Positions 11,001 to 17,994 of a stretch of 64,000 bases of DNA are shown here, piece by piece. The notes beneath the pieces are model-generated. The model was not told the DNA's origin. It did no database searches and worked only from the letters and a program-made list of their open reading frames with translations. The first letter of the stretch is position 1, and every line of letters begins with the position of its first letter. Origin of the DNA: an uncultured virus (IMG/VR IMGVR_UViG_3300022660_000083) (lineage: Duplodnaviria > Heunggongvirae > Uroviricota > Caudoviricetes); the IMG/VR virus record IMGVR_UViG_3300022660_000083; one strand, given 5' to 3'. The position numbers were made by a program, and so were the translations under genes.

Positions 11001-11690
11001 TATACATTAAGTCCTGTTGTGGGACAACAATATGTAGAAGTAATGATTAATGATGTATTAACCACTATTGAAAACACTACATTACGTACTAATTATAATG
11101 AACAAGGATGTTATGATGAAGACAAAGAAGTGTTTACTTATGTAAATTATCGTGTTTATTCTGAAATTTATGAATATGGTCATGATGAATATGAAACAAA
11201 TAAATATTATACTGATTATCATGTTGCAACTCAAGATTTAACTAATAATATTAGATTTAGTATTATTATTGATTATGAAGAAGGATGTACAATAGTAGAT
11301 GCGGTATATAATGTTTATGTAGAATTTACTTGTTATGCTTTACCAGAAGGAAAATCTTCTGATAATAGAAGTGATTTCTTATTATATAATCGTGCTGGTT
11401 TATTTGCATATTTTGATGAAGATAGAATATTAGAACATGGAACACTACAATCGAATATTTCTGGATGGTATGGCGTTTATGTAGCTTTATCTGAAGGTTA
11501 TACTTATTCATTTGAAGTTACCGATAGAGGAAAAACTACTTCATATACTGAAGGAGATGAATTCTTGATTGGTTCAAGTATTACAGCTCGTACTGTAAGC
11601 ATCCATATTACAATCACGAATGCTTCTATTGAAGATGAAGATTGGGGAGTTCATGTAAAAGATGAATCTTTTATCAAACCTACTGCATAA
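2046..11690 (+). CDS. Giant (3214 aa) secreted/surface protein: GLUG-like repeats, central helical region, C-terminal beta-sandwich domains
   Basis: N-terminal signal/TM; FSGEFDGDGHTVSN, repeated VGG(I/V)xG and NxGxI motifs; VQAED and VTAEDG motifs; RBS AGGAGG. Confidence 0.75.
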   Translation: MKKNLNLIKKITFGLLSLTICVFTFSIGTDDLVSSKNKIILSADTWKSELVEIKSYTDSNNIKFVDISELVELDKDGLVTAVKDPTTEIDANTKIIINDGLGIYYFSEICNEEFANGTANAYYQTYLSSKYILGANIDYEDASKTFKMLRPVGWKEGIPFSGEFDGDGHTVSNIFYRPFDNEQEVVNDYPGMVYLSWFSQNTGTIKNIGIINPNIIQYDIYDHAIFVSPFVGANDGIIENCYVQDLRGNESGISAEGGYEISMFVSFNNDKGIIRNCYTASNRISATSVTMSDSGHRHPFVAQNNNATGITNCYFDSEALTKYTTYDTALISGVTALTTAEFLDTAKFKYTDNSDKQIWFSNATYPTTFAAYLKITYPVLSGFAVDNDGYFVIEKTSQFIYMSELIDEYQIFREAKYLLANTVDLKTVKPNSYVFTQKVFSGTIKGGPKGNSNYNVTLADGSISQKNSILNLEINQGNSYQGYRCYGLFSVLNGTVENINIVNATITEYDIETVNMNEINTVGTVCGLMIGGNIKDVDVYSTISMEQEKDSPTFLGAQYVGGIAGTATAGKIEASTASGTIKASTYTPTSNSMAEELSHSIGGILGKALGNDGVSNCLNNISITGINYTSNPGNSIKQYLGGVIGSGHIKNTFELQNNANITVGSISTGTYYSLVYVGGIIGRVSNAEESNGVYNNNANIRYYVNDNNYKAYISGVMNVIDEEIAPYDTFNTTETYANIQNLINNQTPYEFTSLTSGGTLYIENYLSATKYPAKYQVITTINNGIDIRAAGLVYSYLTKINVVGAYNLNDHYEWDNGKLNKVENDPQFIDISMMDEFAPTFNADNMVTYLNRNLHLDTNYLHSTSDVFDINSTKLMSTINLERVYNYRNVNYITNKIVNSYMLQLSGCINGRNFNLKNIRNDGDIKVYFTENTYSNMTMNNGTYYDYFGDFKKLKVYGVMEEVSLNHTAKDIYNGGNITVSSDGTTNRYLSNFNLYIGGICYKNVGNDPAAEQELMIESGYVGSLHNSINNGEIRVTSGNILTSTQTQAGAFYGVSRIGGICAFNASTISSTFNLGNIYNINYIFSTDGTGGGYSANFEVETGGFCFGQQNEVYNAAGDYTRASIIDSANNGTIVSLNTRNSNVTWVNASGFVARNDRCEDGETVDNTETSKNPHEQKIEYSINYGDIYSYNSYANDNITGSSEPQSKAAGFVCLGACTIVDVINYGNIYCSAIAGGMYGIVYFDRMRNAGASQNSPIYIANSINYGKVDIISRTDTNRNALYTINKGANTLTLVNAHTTSANSTHYPVGALIGMLRSNNNQNDLYALNIKNLVNFYDSVDIIGRVYQMYQYPETQIRVDTLEYMATTKTADYSPAPFNTDRTNYNYGIKAYSKDTATGNPNLTNKWSKECNGGIFNESYTLRTPPAYVDENGNVVTEIALADKNNTDNFIADYIQFVPYSKVNDYLVQKIGLKDTVLKNAWDLAVNSTSVIKSIIEIKNKNNTGSLQDIYEELVENEEAKLISSKQEIIQIFANEIKKGSITSSDLNNIINILTNNGNDLSNLSNDSLNNIYSDLLLDSDLLNTQIGSENKTVLDVLYEYLVENKDSFVTAEGDTNDPINSILGNFADQASSDAEKQLVINIFSSLINDDDTLQNYLDSLSQAEKEELANRIYPYVMTNDEVIRAIGEEYYDSLNITTSDELNTLVTNLITARRNSNSTLTDYPITDEEYIDMYNSFYVENYTNAQVQTAINNLTNAQLRTFIDSINAGVSDTSSNLYQFMDSGRNNSTGIILPATSTNYVAVVNSTTGVYSSGSTAGTGEIYSGSYSTIASATPNNKYEVLIVEDDYYTTQNYGSTYNYWTYDNSTYRGQSNRWLPDNDTYYGILYSGQANTLNGGLTFISTGVYATRAQANNGGFGQPTRYNYSAIQVCTFIDYGSSAIAKNDGDLTKVALSQMLTYANNNQNTTYLQTYLYNMYVNSQTTTGKSEFLKLLFGDQTVSLNEALDYIQNEATNAVATDVENYANYILDNVSDTLSQGNIVKLFKGTNGSNYTNVLFEMIRAYDASNYELVKDLVDDLYELRTGLTNSQRTNINNNIVDILSDDSITNQDKLDVINYYSDDSTKEYAVSYLIKNGLLNDEQLSNTLLELLNSDITLLQNQSINQYLNDEIFSSVIAVLIKGDEDLFKQYTGLTSSTTIIEDLENLGIDSAIVTDNTGIYALASSHGILNGLFLPDNIELIKMDYYYEDDENNLVNDPTWRGGTTDNPNYYDENNTTCVNYKVYYEMKQLKKSIATIIFNMELVDETVDDNGEQLEYENVLTNNPETDYICNEKDQYGSLVNEVYFYVPINHNILSKDKIYINMILGSYELSYGATFDTDTDKLEITVPDTLSVGQKLSDTFVVQAEDDKVKTEYTLYIVITKASYLDPVNSVSANGANATYTEIDTTPVDSDVVTTDVIVTTDVLGYNGVLRVTYGTVNLINRSNLLQYVNVYKTEGTDIKAALENKELLILDENYYFNNVLNNGIVVIPNYDEDDTGFNSQTNGYDNGTVFFDLSIDNNMPGGTYLIEISLSKTTKYYVLFDKAKSTNSQLESITYNGQTFINSVDGTDNSASHAKHAYGTVLTESDLKSITEGKPNYLDEIVIAPLATYVIDSVTVTEDAGVKTYQIVYTVTAEDGVSESTFTHYISEDTYNTNIQKVYINGGIVINEEITKPDSGYVYTDSFAKDETPSYKFEYDLSGFYTTLNSEYFNVVFYDEAGVEIKDETTLELLNSYYSINIIEGVSFEVSFYQEAESLAYYFGLVYGNKVTFSNGNDISWNVKFDIVELIKLKNTNSYFDNVTFLSESVVSSIRTMITIEDISIEDYTKMLSDPTREIVSLPGQIHYNKYAIETNKQDAFYMIGLVNKTQLDYYMPTFDLPDGASVYRTETINGAIYKYVPYYIDNQQELTAFLISEDGNTILDSLGNQIAVTVNGNQIVYDGKTYTLSPVVGQQYVEVMINDVLTTIENTTLRTNYNEQGCYDEDKEVFTYVNYRVYSEIYEYGHDEYETNKYYTDYHVATQDLTNNIRFSIIIDYEEGCTIVDAVYNVYVEFTCYALPEGKSSDNRSDFLLYNRAGLFAYFDEDRILEHGTLQSNISGWYGVYVALSEGYTYSFEVTDRGKTTSYTEGDEFLIGSSITARTVSIHITITNASIEDEDWGVHVKDESFIKPTA

Positions 11691-11722
11691 TTTATAAAGT
11701 GAATTTAAATAATAAAAATAAA

Positions 11723-11769
11723 AAATAAGATATTCCTAAAATTTAAGGAATATCTTATTTGCTTTTTTT
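11723..11769 (+). terminator. Intrinsic terminator
   Basis: Perfect 15-bp inverted repeat AAATAAGATATTCCT/AGGAATATCTTATTT followed by a T-run. Confidence 0.85.
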
Positions 11770-11787
11770 AATATAATTTGTTATAAT
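11759..11787 (+). promoter_or_regulatory. Sigma-A promoter of pyrG
   Basis: TTGCTT-17 nt-TATAAT with extended -10 TG. Confidence 0.7.
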
Positions 11788-11812
11788 ATATTGGTCTTGG
11801 AGGTAAATTTTT

Positions 11813-13417
11813 ATGAAAAATACAAAATTTATTTTTATTACAGGTGGTGTAGTTTCATCTTTAGGTAAAGGTATTACTTCATCATGTATTGGTAGATTAC
11901 TTAAAAATCGTGGTTTAAAAATCTTTATGCAAAAATTTGATCCATATCTAAATTATGCTCCAGGAACATTATCTCCTTTCCAACATGGTGAAGTTTATAT
12001 TACACATGATGGTGGAGAAGCTGACTTAGACCTTGGACACTATGAAAGATTTACTAATGAAAATGTTACTAAACATAGTGATGTTACTAGTGGTATTATT
12101 TATTCAAGTGTTATTGAAAAAGAAAGAAGAGGTTATTATAATGGAGGAACTGTACAAGTAATTCCTCATATTACTAATGAAATCCTTTCTTATTTACATA
12201 AAGCAAAAGAAACTGGTGCTGATGTAGTACTTACTGAAATAGGTGGTACTGTTGGGGACATGGAAGGTCTTCCATATTTAGAAGCTATTCGTCAAGCAAG
12301 ACGTGACTTTGGATATGAAAATACATTCTATGTGCATTGTACACTTGTTCCATATTTAAAATCAGCTGGTGAAATTAAAACTAAACCAACACAACACAGT
12401 GTTAAAGAATTAAAGAGTATTGGTATTACTCCAGATATGATTATGTTACGTTCTGAAGTAGATGTACCTAAATATGAAAAGAAAAAAATTGCTTTATTCT
12501 GTGACGTAAAAGAAGAAGCTGTTATTGAAGCCAAAGATGTTGATATTATTTATAGATTAGTTAATAATTTCCATGATCAAGGTGTAGATGATATTATTTG
12601 TGATCATTTTAAATTAGAAACTTCCCCTTGTAATTTAGGACCATGGAATGAAATGATTAGTCGCATCGAAAACGCTAATGGTGAGGTTAAAATCGGCCTT
12701 GTAGGTAAATATATTTCACTAAAGGACGCTTACCTTTCAGTTTATGAAAGTTTAGACCATTCAGCTAATTCAATGGGTAAAAAATGTAAGATTAAAAGAA
12801 TTGAATCAGACAGTATTACTGCTGCTAATATTGATGAATTACTTGGAGATGTTGATGGTATCTTAGTTCCTGCAGGTTCAGGAAGCCGTGGTGTAGAAGG
12901 AGCAATTCTTGCATCAAAATATGCAAGAGAAAAAAACATTCCATACTTTGGTATTTGTTTAGGTATGCAAATTGGTTTAATTGATGTTGCTCGTAATGTC
13001 TGTGGTTTAACTGATGCTACATCTACAGAATTTGATGTTCAATCTAAACATAAGATTGTTGAATATTATCCAATTCAACCTGTTGAAAGAAATAATGGAA
13101 CAATGAAACTTGGAGATACTGACATTAAATTAGTAGAAGACTCTAAAGTATTTAATTGTTATGGAAAAGCTGATATTGTTGAAAGACATCAACATAAATA
13201 TGAGTTTAATAATGAATATAAAGAATTATTAGAAAAAGCAGGAGTTAAATTTGTTGGTACTGCTGTAAATACAGGTTTTGTTGAAGCAATTGAAATTGGT
13301 GATTTAGATTGGTATGTGGCTTGTCAATACCATCCACAATTTAATTCTAGACCAAATCACCCTCATCCTTTATTTGATGGATTTATTGCTGCAGCTATAA
13401 AAAAACAAGAAAAATAA
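11813..13417 (+). CDS. pyrG: CTP synthase (divergent glutaminase domain)
   Basis: TGGVVSSLGKG, QHGEV, DLDLGHYERF, EIGGTVGD, KTKPTQHSV, GICLGMQ. Confidence 0.95.
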   Translation: MKNTKFIFITGGVVSSLGKGITSSCIGRLLKNRGLKIFMQKFDPYLNYAPGTLSPFQHGEVYITHDGGEADLDLGHYERFTNENVTKHSDVTSGIIYSSVIEKERRGYYNGGTVQVIPHITNEILSYLHKAKETGADVVLTEIGGTVGDMEGLPYLEAIRQARRDFGYENTFYVHCTLVPYLKSAGEIKTKPTQHSVKELKSIGITPDMIMLRSEVDVPKYEKKKIALFCDVKEEAVIEAKDVDIIYRLVNNFHDQGVDDIICDHFKLETSPCNLGPWNEMISRIENANGEVKIGLVGKYISLKDAYLSVYESLDHSANSMGKKCKIKRIESDSITAANIDELLGDVDGILVPAGSGSRGVEGAILASKYAREKNIPYFGICLGMQIGLIDVARNVCGLTDATSTEFDVQSKHKIVEYYPIQPVERNNGTMKLGDTDIKLVEDSKVFNCYGKADIVERHQHKYEFNNEYKELLEKAGVKFVGTAVNTGFVEAIEIGDLDWYVACQYHPQFNSRPNHPHPLFDGFIAAAIKKQEK

Positions 13418-13456
13418 AAAAATTTACAAAAATATTACAAATAATGAGCATATTAT

Positions 13457-13485
13457 TAGACATTTAGAAAAAATAAGTGTATAAT
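13457..13485 (+). promoter_or_regulatory. Promoter of tRNA-Glu
   Basis: TAGACA-17 nt-TATAAT, 10 nt before the tRNA. Confidence 0.7.
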
Positions 13486-13495
13486 AATATAGCCT

Positions 13496-13572
13496 GGTCT
13501 GTTGGAGAAGCGGCTTAACTCACATGCCTTTCACGCATGCACTCACGGGTTCGAATCCCGTACAGATCACCA
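13496..13572 (+). tRNA. tRNA-Glu (anticodon UUC)
   Basis: Acceptor GGTCTGT/ACAGATC, anticodon arm CATGC-CTTTCAC-GCATG, T-loop GGTTCGAATCC, encoded CCA. Confidence 0.97.
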
Positions 13573-13584
13573 TAAGAAAAGCAT

Positions 13585-13616
13585 AGGTTTGATACGAAAG
13601 TATTGAACCTTTTTTC
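13585..13616 (+). terminator. Intrinsic terminator after tRNA
   Basis: AGGTTTGATAC-GAAA-GTATTGAACCT stem then T-run. Confidence 0.8.
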
Positions 13617-13658
13617 TTTTACATAAAGGTTTTAATTCCCTATGTGTAAATGAGTATC

Positions 13659-13704
13659 AGAGCCTTGTAGGAGTGTCACTAGACGCTTTTGCAGGGCTCT
13701 TTTT
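13659..13704 (+). terminator. Second long hairpin/terminator
   Basis: 19-bp stem with GU pairs AGAGCCTTGTAGGAGTGTC/GACGCTTTTGCAGGGCTCT then TTTT. Confidence 0.7.
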
Positions 13705-13720
13705 CTTTTGTCTTTCAACC

Positions 13721-13799
13721 TTTTAACGATTACACCTACTTTTTAACGATTAGGGGCAGTTTTTAACGATTACCTAACAATTTAACGATTTAATCGTTA
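13721..13799. repeat. Phased direct repeats TTTTAACGATTA (20-bp period) ending in an inverted pair
   Basis: Copies at 13721, 13741, 13761; variant at 13780; TAACGATT-T-AATCGTTA palindrome at 13783-13799. Confidence 0.9.
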
Positions 13800-13848
13800 T
13801 AAAGTTGATGCTTCTATAAAATTTTACAAATAAATATCGCCAAATCAC

Positions 13849-13877
13849 TTGTAATAAATGATTGTAAATGATATAAT
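13849..13877 (+). promoter_or_regulatory. Promoter of the R-M operon
   Basis: TTGTAA-17 nt-TATAAT with extended TG; TAAATGAT repeated at 13855 and 13865. Confidence 0.6.
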
Positions 13878-13918
13878 ATGATAGATAATGTCCAACAATG
13901 GAAAGCGAGGTATAATGT

Positions 13919-14119
13919 ATGGAATTTAGCGAAAAGGTTTTATATGTTAGAGCAACATTGAAGCTATCACAAACTCAACTAGCTAAAGAGTTGCAAGTTG
14001 GTGTAGCAACAATCAATCGTTGGGAAACAAAGAAAACATTACCAAATAAAAGAGATGCGTATGCATTTGACTTATATTGCAAAAAACATCAAATTAGTTT
14101 TGATGGAGGTGCAAATTAA
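13919..14119 (+). CDS. XRE-family HTH regulator, probable R-M controller (C) protein
   Basis: LSQTQLAKELQVGVATINRWE helix-turn-helix; first gene of the MTase operon. Confidence 0.8.
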   Translation: MEFSEKVLYVRATLKLSQTQLAKELQVGVATINRWETKKTLPNKRDAYAFDLYCKKHQISFDGGAN

Positions 14120-15372
14120 TGAAAAAACTTACAGTTATTGATTTGTTTAGTGGTGCTGGAGGATTATCTGAAGGTTTTTACCAAACTGGACATTTTGATT
14201 TTTTGGCTCATGTTGAATGGGAAAAACCTATGGTAGAGACATTAAGAAATAATCTTGTCAAACGTTGGGGGTATGCTCCTGAGAGGGCAAAAAAATCTGT
14301 AATACAATTTGATATTCAAAAAACACAAGAATTACTTTGCGGAAATTGGTCTGAAGAAACTAGAAAAGAATATGCAAGTAATAATCATCCTATGGTCATG
14401 GAGCAAGGCATTGATGGTTTAGTTGATGAAAGAGGCGTTGATGTGATTATAGGTGGACCTCCGTGTCAAGCATATTCTATCGCAGGACGTGCTCAAGACC
14501 CTAACTCGATGAAGGATGATTACCGCAACTTCTTGTTTGAAAGCTTTGTGAAAGTCGTTAATCATTATAAGCCACAAGTCTTTGTATTTGAGAACGTACC
14601 TGGTATGTTAAGTGCAAAGCCTGGAGATAGATTAGTAATCGAGAGAGTATATGAGGCCTTTGAGGAAATTGGTTACACTATAAGAAATCCTCAAATAATG
14701 TCAAAATCAATTTATTCGTCTTCGGATTTTGCTGTTCCTCAAGAACGTCATAGGGTTATCATATTCGGTGTGAGAAAAGACTCAAATATTGAGCTTGAAG
14801 CATTATACTCAGCATTGGATGGTCAAAAATCCTCTTCCCCAAAGAAAACGGTTCGAGATGCGATTGGGCATATGCCAAAGTTCAAACCTCTAGACCAACC
14901 AAGAAAAGAAGGTAGAGGAAATGTATCTCATGAATTGATTGGTGATGTAGAAATTTCTCTTCACATCGCAAGATACCATAACAAGAGAGATATGGATGTT
15001 TTCTACCAATGGATAACTAACAATATGAACTATATTGATAATAACGAGAAATTGTTATTTTATAAGTCTGTAACAGGAAAAACATCTAACCATAATAAAT
15101 ATAGAAGCTTGGAATGGGATAAACCTTCTCCAACGATTGTATCTCACCTATATAAAGATGGATTGATGTTTATTCATCCAGATGTAGAGCAATTAAGGTC
15201 TATCACTATTCGTGAGGCTGCAATTTTACAAACATTCCCTATGGATTTTGAATTTGTAGGTTCTAGTGCATATTGTTTCAAAATGATAGGTAATGCAGTG
15301 CCTGTTTTATTTGCGAAAAATATTGCAGAAGCAGTTTATAAAGTAATGGAGGAAAGCAATGAGGCAGTTTAA
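14119..15372 (+). CDS. C5-cytosine DNA methyltransferase (M1)
   Basis: Motifs DLFSGAGG, GGPPCQ, ENVPG, QERHR, IGNAVP. Confidence 0.95.
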   Translation: MKKLTVIDLFSGAGGLSEGFYQTGHFDFLAHVEWEKPMVETLRNNLVKRWGYAPERAKKSVIQFDIQKTQELLCGNWSEETRKEYASNNHPMVMEQGIDGLVDERGVDVIIGGPPCQAYSIAGRAQDPNSMKDDYRNFLFESFVKVVNHYKPQVFVFENVPGMLSAKPGDRLVIERVYEAFEEIGYTIRNPQIMSKSIYSSSDFAVPQERHRVIIFGVRKDSNIELEALYSALDGQKSSSPKKTVRDAIGHMPKFKPLDQPRKEGRGNVSHELIGDVEISLHIARYHNKRDMDVFYQWITNNMNYIDNNEKLLFYKSVTGKTSNHNKYRSLEWDKPSPTIVSHLYKDGLMFIHPDVEQLRSITIREAAILQTFPMDFEFVGSSAYCFKMIGNAVPVLFAKNIAEAVYKVMEESNEAV

Positions 15373-16093
15373 TATTTTAGTGGCTTGTGAGGAAAGCCAA
15401 AGAGTTTGCATTGAGTTTAGGAAATTAGGGTTCAATGCGTTCAGTTGTGATTTGCTTCCTTGTAGCGGAGGACATCCCGAATGGCATTTCCAACAAGATG
15501 TTCTTCAAATTATAGAAAACAAAGGTGGCATACTTCAAAATGGACAAGAAATACGAATAGAAGGAAATTGGGATTTGATGGTTGCCCATCCGCCTTGCAC
15601 ATATTTAGCAGTTAGTGGTGCAAAATGGTATTATCATCCTGAAGATAAACATTTGCCAATCGACCAAAGAAGACCACATCCAAAATTCCCGAATCGAGCA
15701 CAAGACCGAGAAGATGGTGCGAATTTCTTTATGGCATTAGCAAACGCTGACATTCCTCGAATAGCCATAGAAAACCCCGTAGGTATTATGAATACTCGAT
15801 TTAGAAAACCTGATCAAGTTGTTCAACCTTTTTGGTTTGGAGATAGAGCATCAAAAATGACCTGCTTATGGTTGAAGAATTTGCCACCTCTTAAACCGAC
15901 GGAGATGGTTGAGCCTGGTGAATATATAGAATTTGGTAGTGGAAAAAGACTTCAAAAGTGGTACTCTGACGCTTTGACAAAAAGCAAGTCAGCTGAAGAA
16001 AGAAGAACGCTTAGAAGTAAGACTTTCCCTGGATTTGCAAGAGCAATCGCAGAACAATGGAGTGAGGTGTTAAAAAATGAAGATTTATCTTAG
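15359..16093 (+). CDS. Short phage-type C5-cytosine methyltransferase-like protein (M2 position)
   Basis: LVACEES motif-I variant, AHPPC catalytic motif, IENP; only 244 aa. Confidence 0.75.
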   Translation: MRQFNILVACEESQRVCIEFRKLGFNAFSCDLLPCSGGHPEWHFQQDVLQIIENKGGILQNGQEIRIEGNWDLMVAHPPCTYLAVSGAKWYYHPEDKHLPIDQRRPHPKFPNRAQDREDGANFFMALANADIPRIAIENPVGIMNTRFRKPDQVVQPFWFGDRASKMTCLWLKNLPPLKPTEMVEPGEYIEFGSGKRLQKWYSDALTKSKSAEERRTLRSKTFPGFARAIAEQWSEVLKNEDLS

Positions 16094-17990
16094 AAAAATA
16101 GATGCTCAATGCATTAATAAGCAGATTAGTTATCCAAAAGATATCTTAAGTGAATTTTTAGATGATAAAGCTAACCACGATAGCATCGAATGTGTTGGCA
16201 AAAACAGTGGACACAAAGAAACGGTAAGACTTCTGCTTGCAACTGACCCAAGATTTGATAACAGTATAAAGAAAGTTTTGGCAGCTGAAGGTGAATATGC
16301 TGAAGGCGATTTAATGGTGATGTATAAGTTACGTAACCGTTATCTTGTTGAGTTGGTTAAAAAAAGTGATGCAAGATATAATGCATTTTTAGTTTTGTTC
16401 GCTGAAAACGACAGACATCTTTTAGCTAGTCTTGATGATGTAGTAAATGATGATAAGGAAGATTTAAGCGTTCTTAATCATAATTTTTTCGGTATGCATA
16501 TAACACAAAGAAACAGCGCTGTTTCTCGCGGTGAAATTAGTATCGGATGGAGTTTGTTGGGTGATTTAAGCGATATTGAAACAAAAGAAGAACTTGCTAA
16601 TAGATTTGACGTAGCCTTTCCTGACAAAAAGCCTAGAAGTAAAGCACAAGATTTATCTCAAGTATGGACTTTCATAAACACGATGACCATTGGAGATTAT
16701 GTGGTATTTAGTGATGGTACAAACGCACATATTGGTGTTATTAAGTCCGACTACTTTTATGAGGTTGATGAGAGTGTACGTGATATTGATTATGTAAACA
16801 ACCGAAAGGTTGAATGGTTAAAGACGGTATCAAGAGATGTTTTGCCAAAGTTATTAAAGAGTGCATTATCTGCTACAAGAAGCGTGTTCTCGTTAAATAA
16901 TTATAAATCCATTATTCTTGAACTTTTAGATAAAGAGGTTCTAGATTATGATGAAGAAGAAATTGATGCAGTCGAGGAGGATGTTATGGAAGAACAGAAG
17001 CCATATATAGAATTGAAATTTACTACAAATATTAGTTGTGATTTTGAACGCAACAGAATAGTATTTGGTGCTCCAGGTACAGGTAAGAGCTTCCAACTTG
17101 AAGAAGATAGAGAAAAAATCATCGAAATGGGTGGTGGATATGAGCGAGTAACATTCCACCCCGAATATACATATTCAAGTTTTGTTGGTTGCTATAAGCC
17201 GGTATCTACAAAAGGAAAAATTGAATATAAATACGTGCCTGGTCCTTTCATGCGAGTATTAGTCAATGCTCTTCGTAGCGGTTTAACTGACAATCCAAAA
17301 CCTTACCTTCTTGTCATAGAGGAAATCAATCGTGCTAAAGTGGCAGCTGTATTCGGTGAAGTTTTCCAATTGTTAGATAGAGATAGTAAAGGTACAAGCG
17401 ATTATGAAATCAACGCAAGTGAAGATGTGAAGCAATATCTTTCTGACGAACTTGGTGGTAGTCTTGAAAGCTTCGATAAACTTCGTATTCCTAACAATAT
17501 GTTCATTTGGGCTTCAATGAATAGTGCGGATCAAGGGGTATTCCCTATGGACACTGCGTTCAAGCGTAGATGGAGTTTTGAATATAAAGGAATTGATGAA
17601 AACGAAGATAAGGTTGGCGGAAATGTAGTTCTTGGAGAGGGCGATTACGCATTTGAAGTAAATTGGAATACTCTTAGAAAAGCAATTAACTATGTTCTTG
17701 CTCACACTTATCATATCAATGAAGATAAACTTATGGGGCCTTTCTTTGTTAACGAAGATGTATTTGCTTTCGACGAAGATGGTATGATGAAGAACCCCGA
17801 AAAGTTTAAAAAAGTATTTAAGAGCAAGGTTATCATGTATCTTTATGAAGATGCTGCTAAACAACAAAAGCATAAGTTGTTCTGTGGTTGTGATAGCACT
17901 AAGTATTCTTCCATTTGTGATGCGTTTGATAAAATAGGTATAGATATTTTTGGGGCAGATTTCAAAGAAACCTATAATAATTTGAGGTAA
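16077..17990 (+). CDS. McrB-like AAA+ GTPase subunit (LlaJI-like system)
   Basis: Walker A GAPGTGKS, TFHPEYTY, Walker B IEEINR, NxxD motif MNSAD, MDTAFKRRW. Confidence 0.9.
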   Translation: MKIYLRKIDAQCINKQISYPKDILSEFLDDKANHDSIECVGKNSGHKETVRLLLATDPRFDNSIKKVLAAEGEYAEGDLMVMYKLRNRYLVELVKKSDARYNAFLVLFAENDRHLLASLDDVVNDDKEDLSVLNHNFFGMHITQRNSAVSRGEISIGWSLLGDLSDIETKEELANRFDVAFPDKKPRSKAQDLSQVWTFINTMTIGDYVVFSDGTNAHIGVIKSDYFYEVDESVRDIDYVNNRKVEWLKTVSRDVLPKLLKSALSATRSVFSLNNYKSIILELLDKEVLDYDEEEIDAVEEDVMEEQKPYIELKFTTNISCDFERNRIVFGAPGTGKSFQLEEDREKIIEMGGGYERVTFHPEYTYSSFVGCYKPVSTKGKIEYKYVPGPFMRVLVNALRSGLTDNPKPYLLVIEEINRAKVAAVFGEVFQLLDRDSKGTSDYEINASEDVKQYLSDELGGSLESFDKLRIPNNMFIWASMNSADQGVFPMDTAFKRRWSFEYKGIDENEDKVGGNVVLGEGDYAFEVNWNTLRKAINYVLAHTYHINEDKLMGPFFVNEDVFAFDEDGMMKNPEKFKKVFKSKVIMYLYEDAAKQQKHKLFCGCDSTKYSSICDAFDKIGIDIFGADFKETYNNLR

Positions 17991-17994
17991 GCTT

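Noticed and set aside
11788..11812. Bacillus-type pyrG attenuator
   Set aside because: Leader is about 20 nt, with no GGGC start and no terminator hairpin
13540..13572. Duplicated tRNA 3' end marking attR
   Set aside because: No second copy noticed in the window; the element continues past 64000
13721..13799. Possible CRISPR array
   Set aside because: 12-bp repeats with 8-bp spacers are far too short, and there is no cas operon; the DUF2800 Cas4-like gene sits in a phage recombination module
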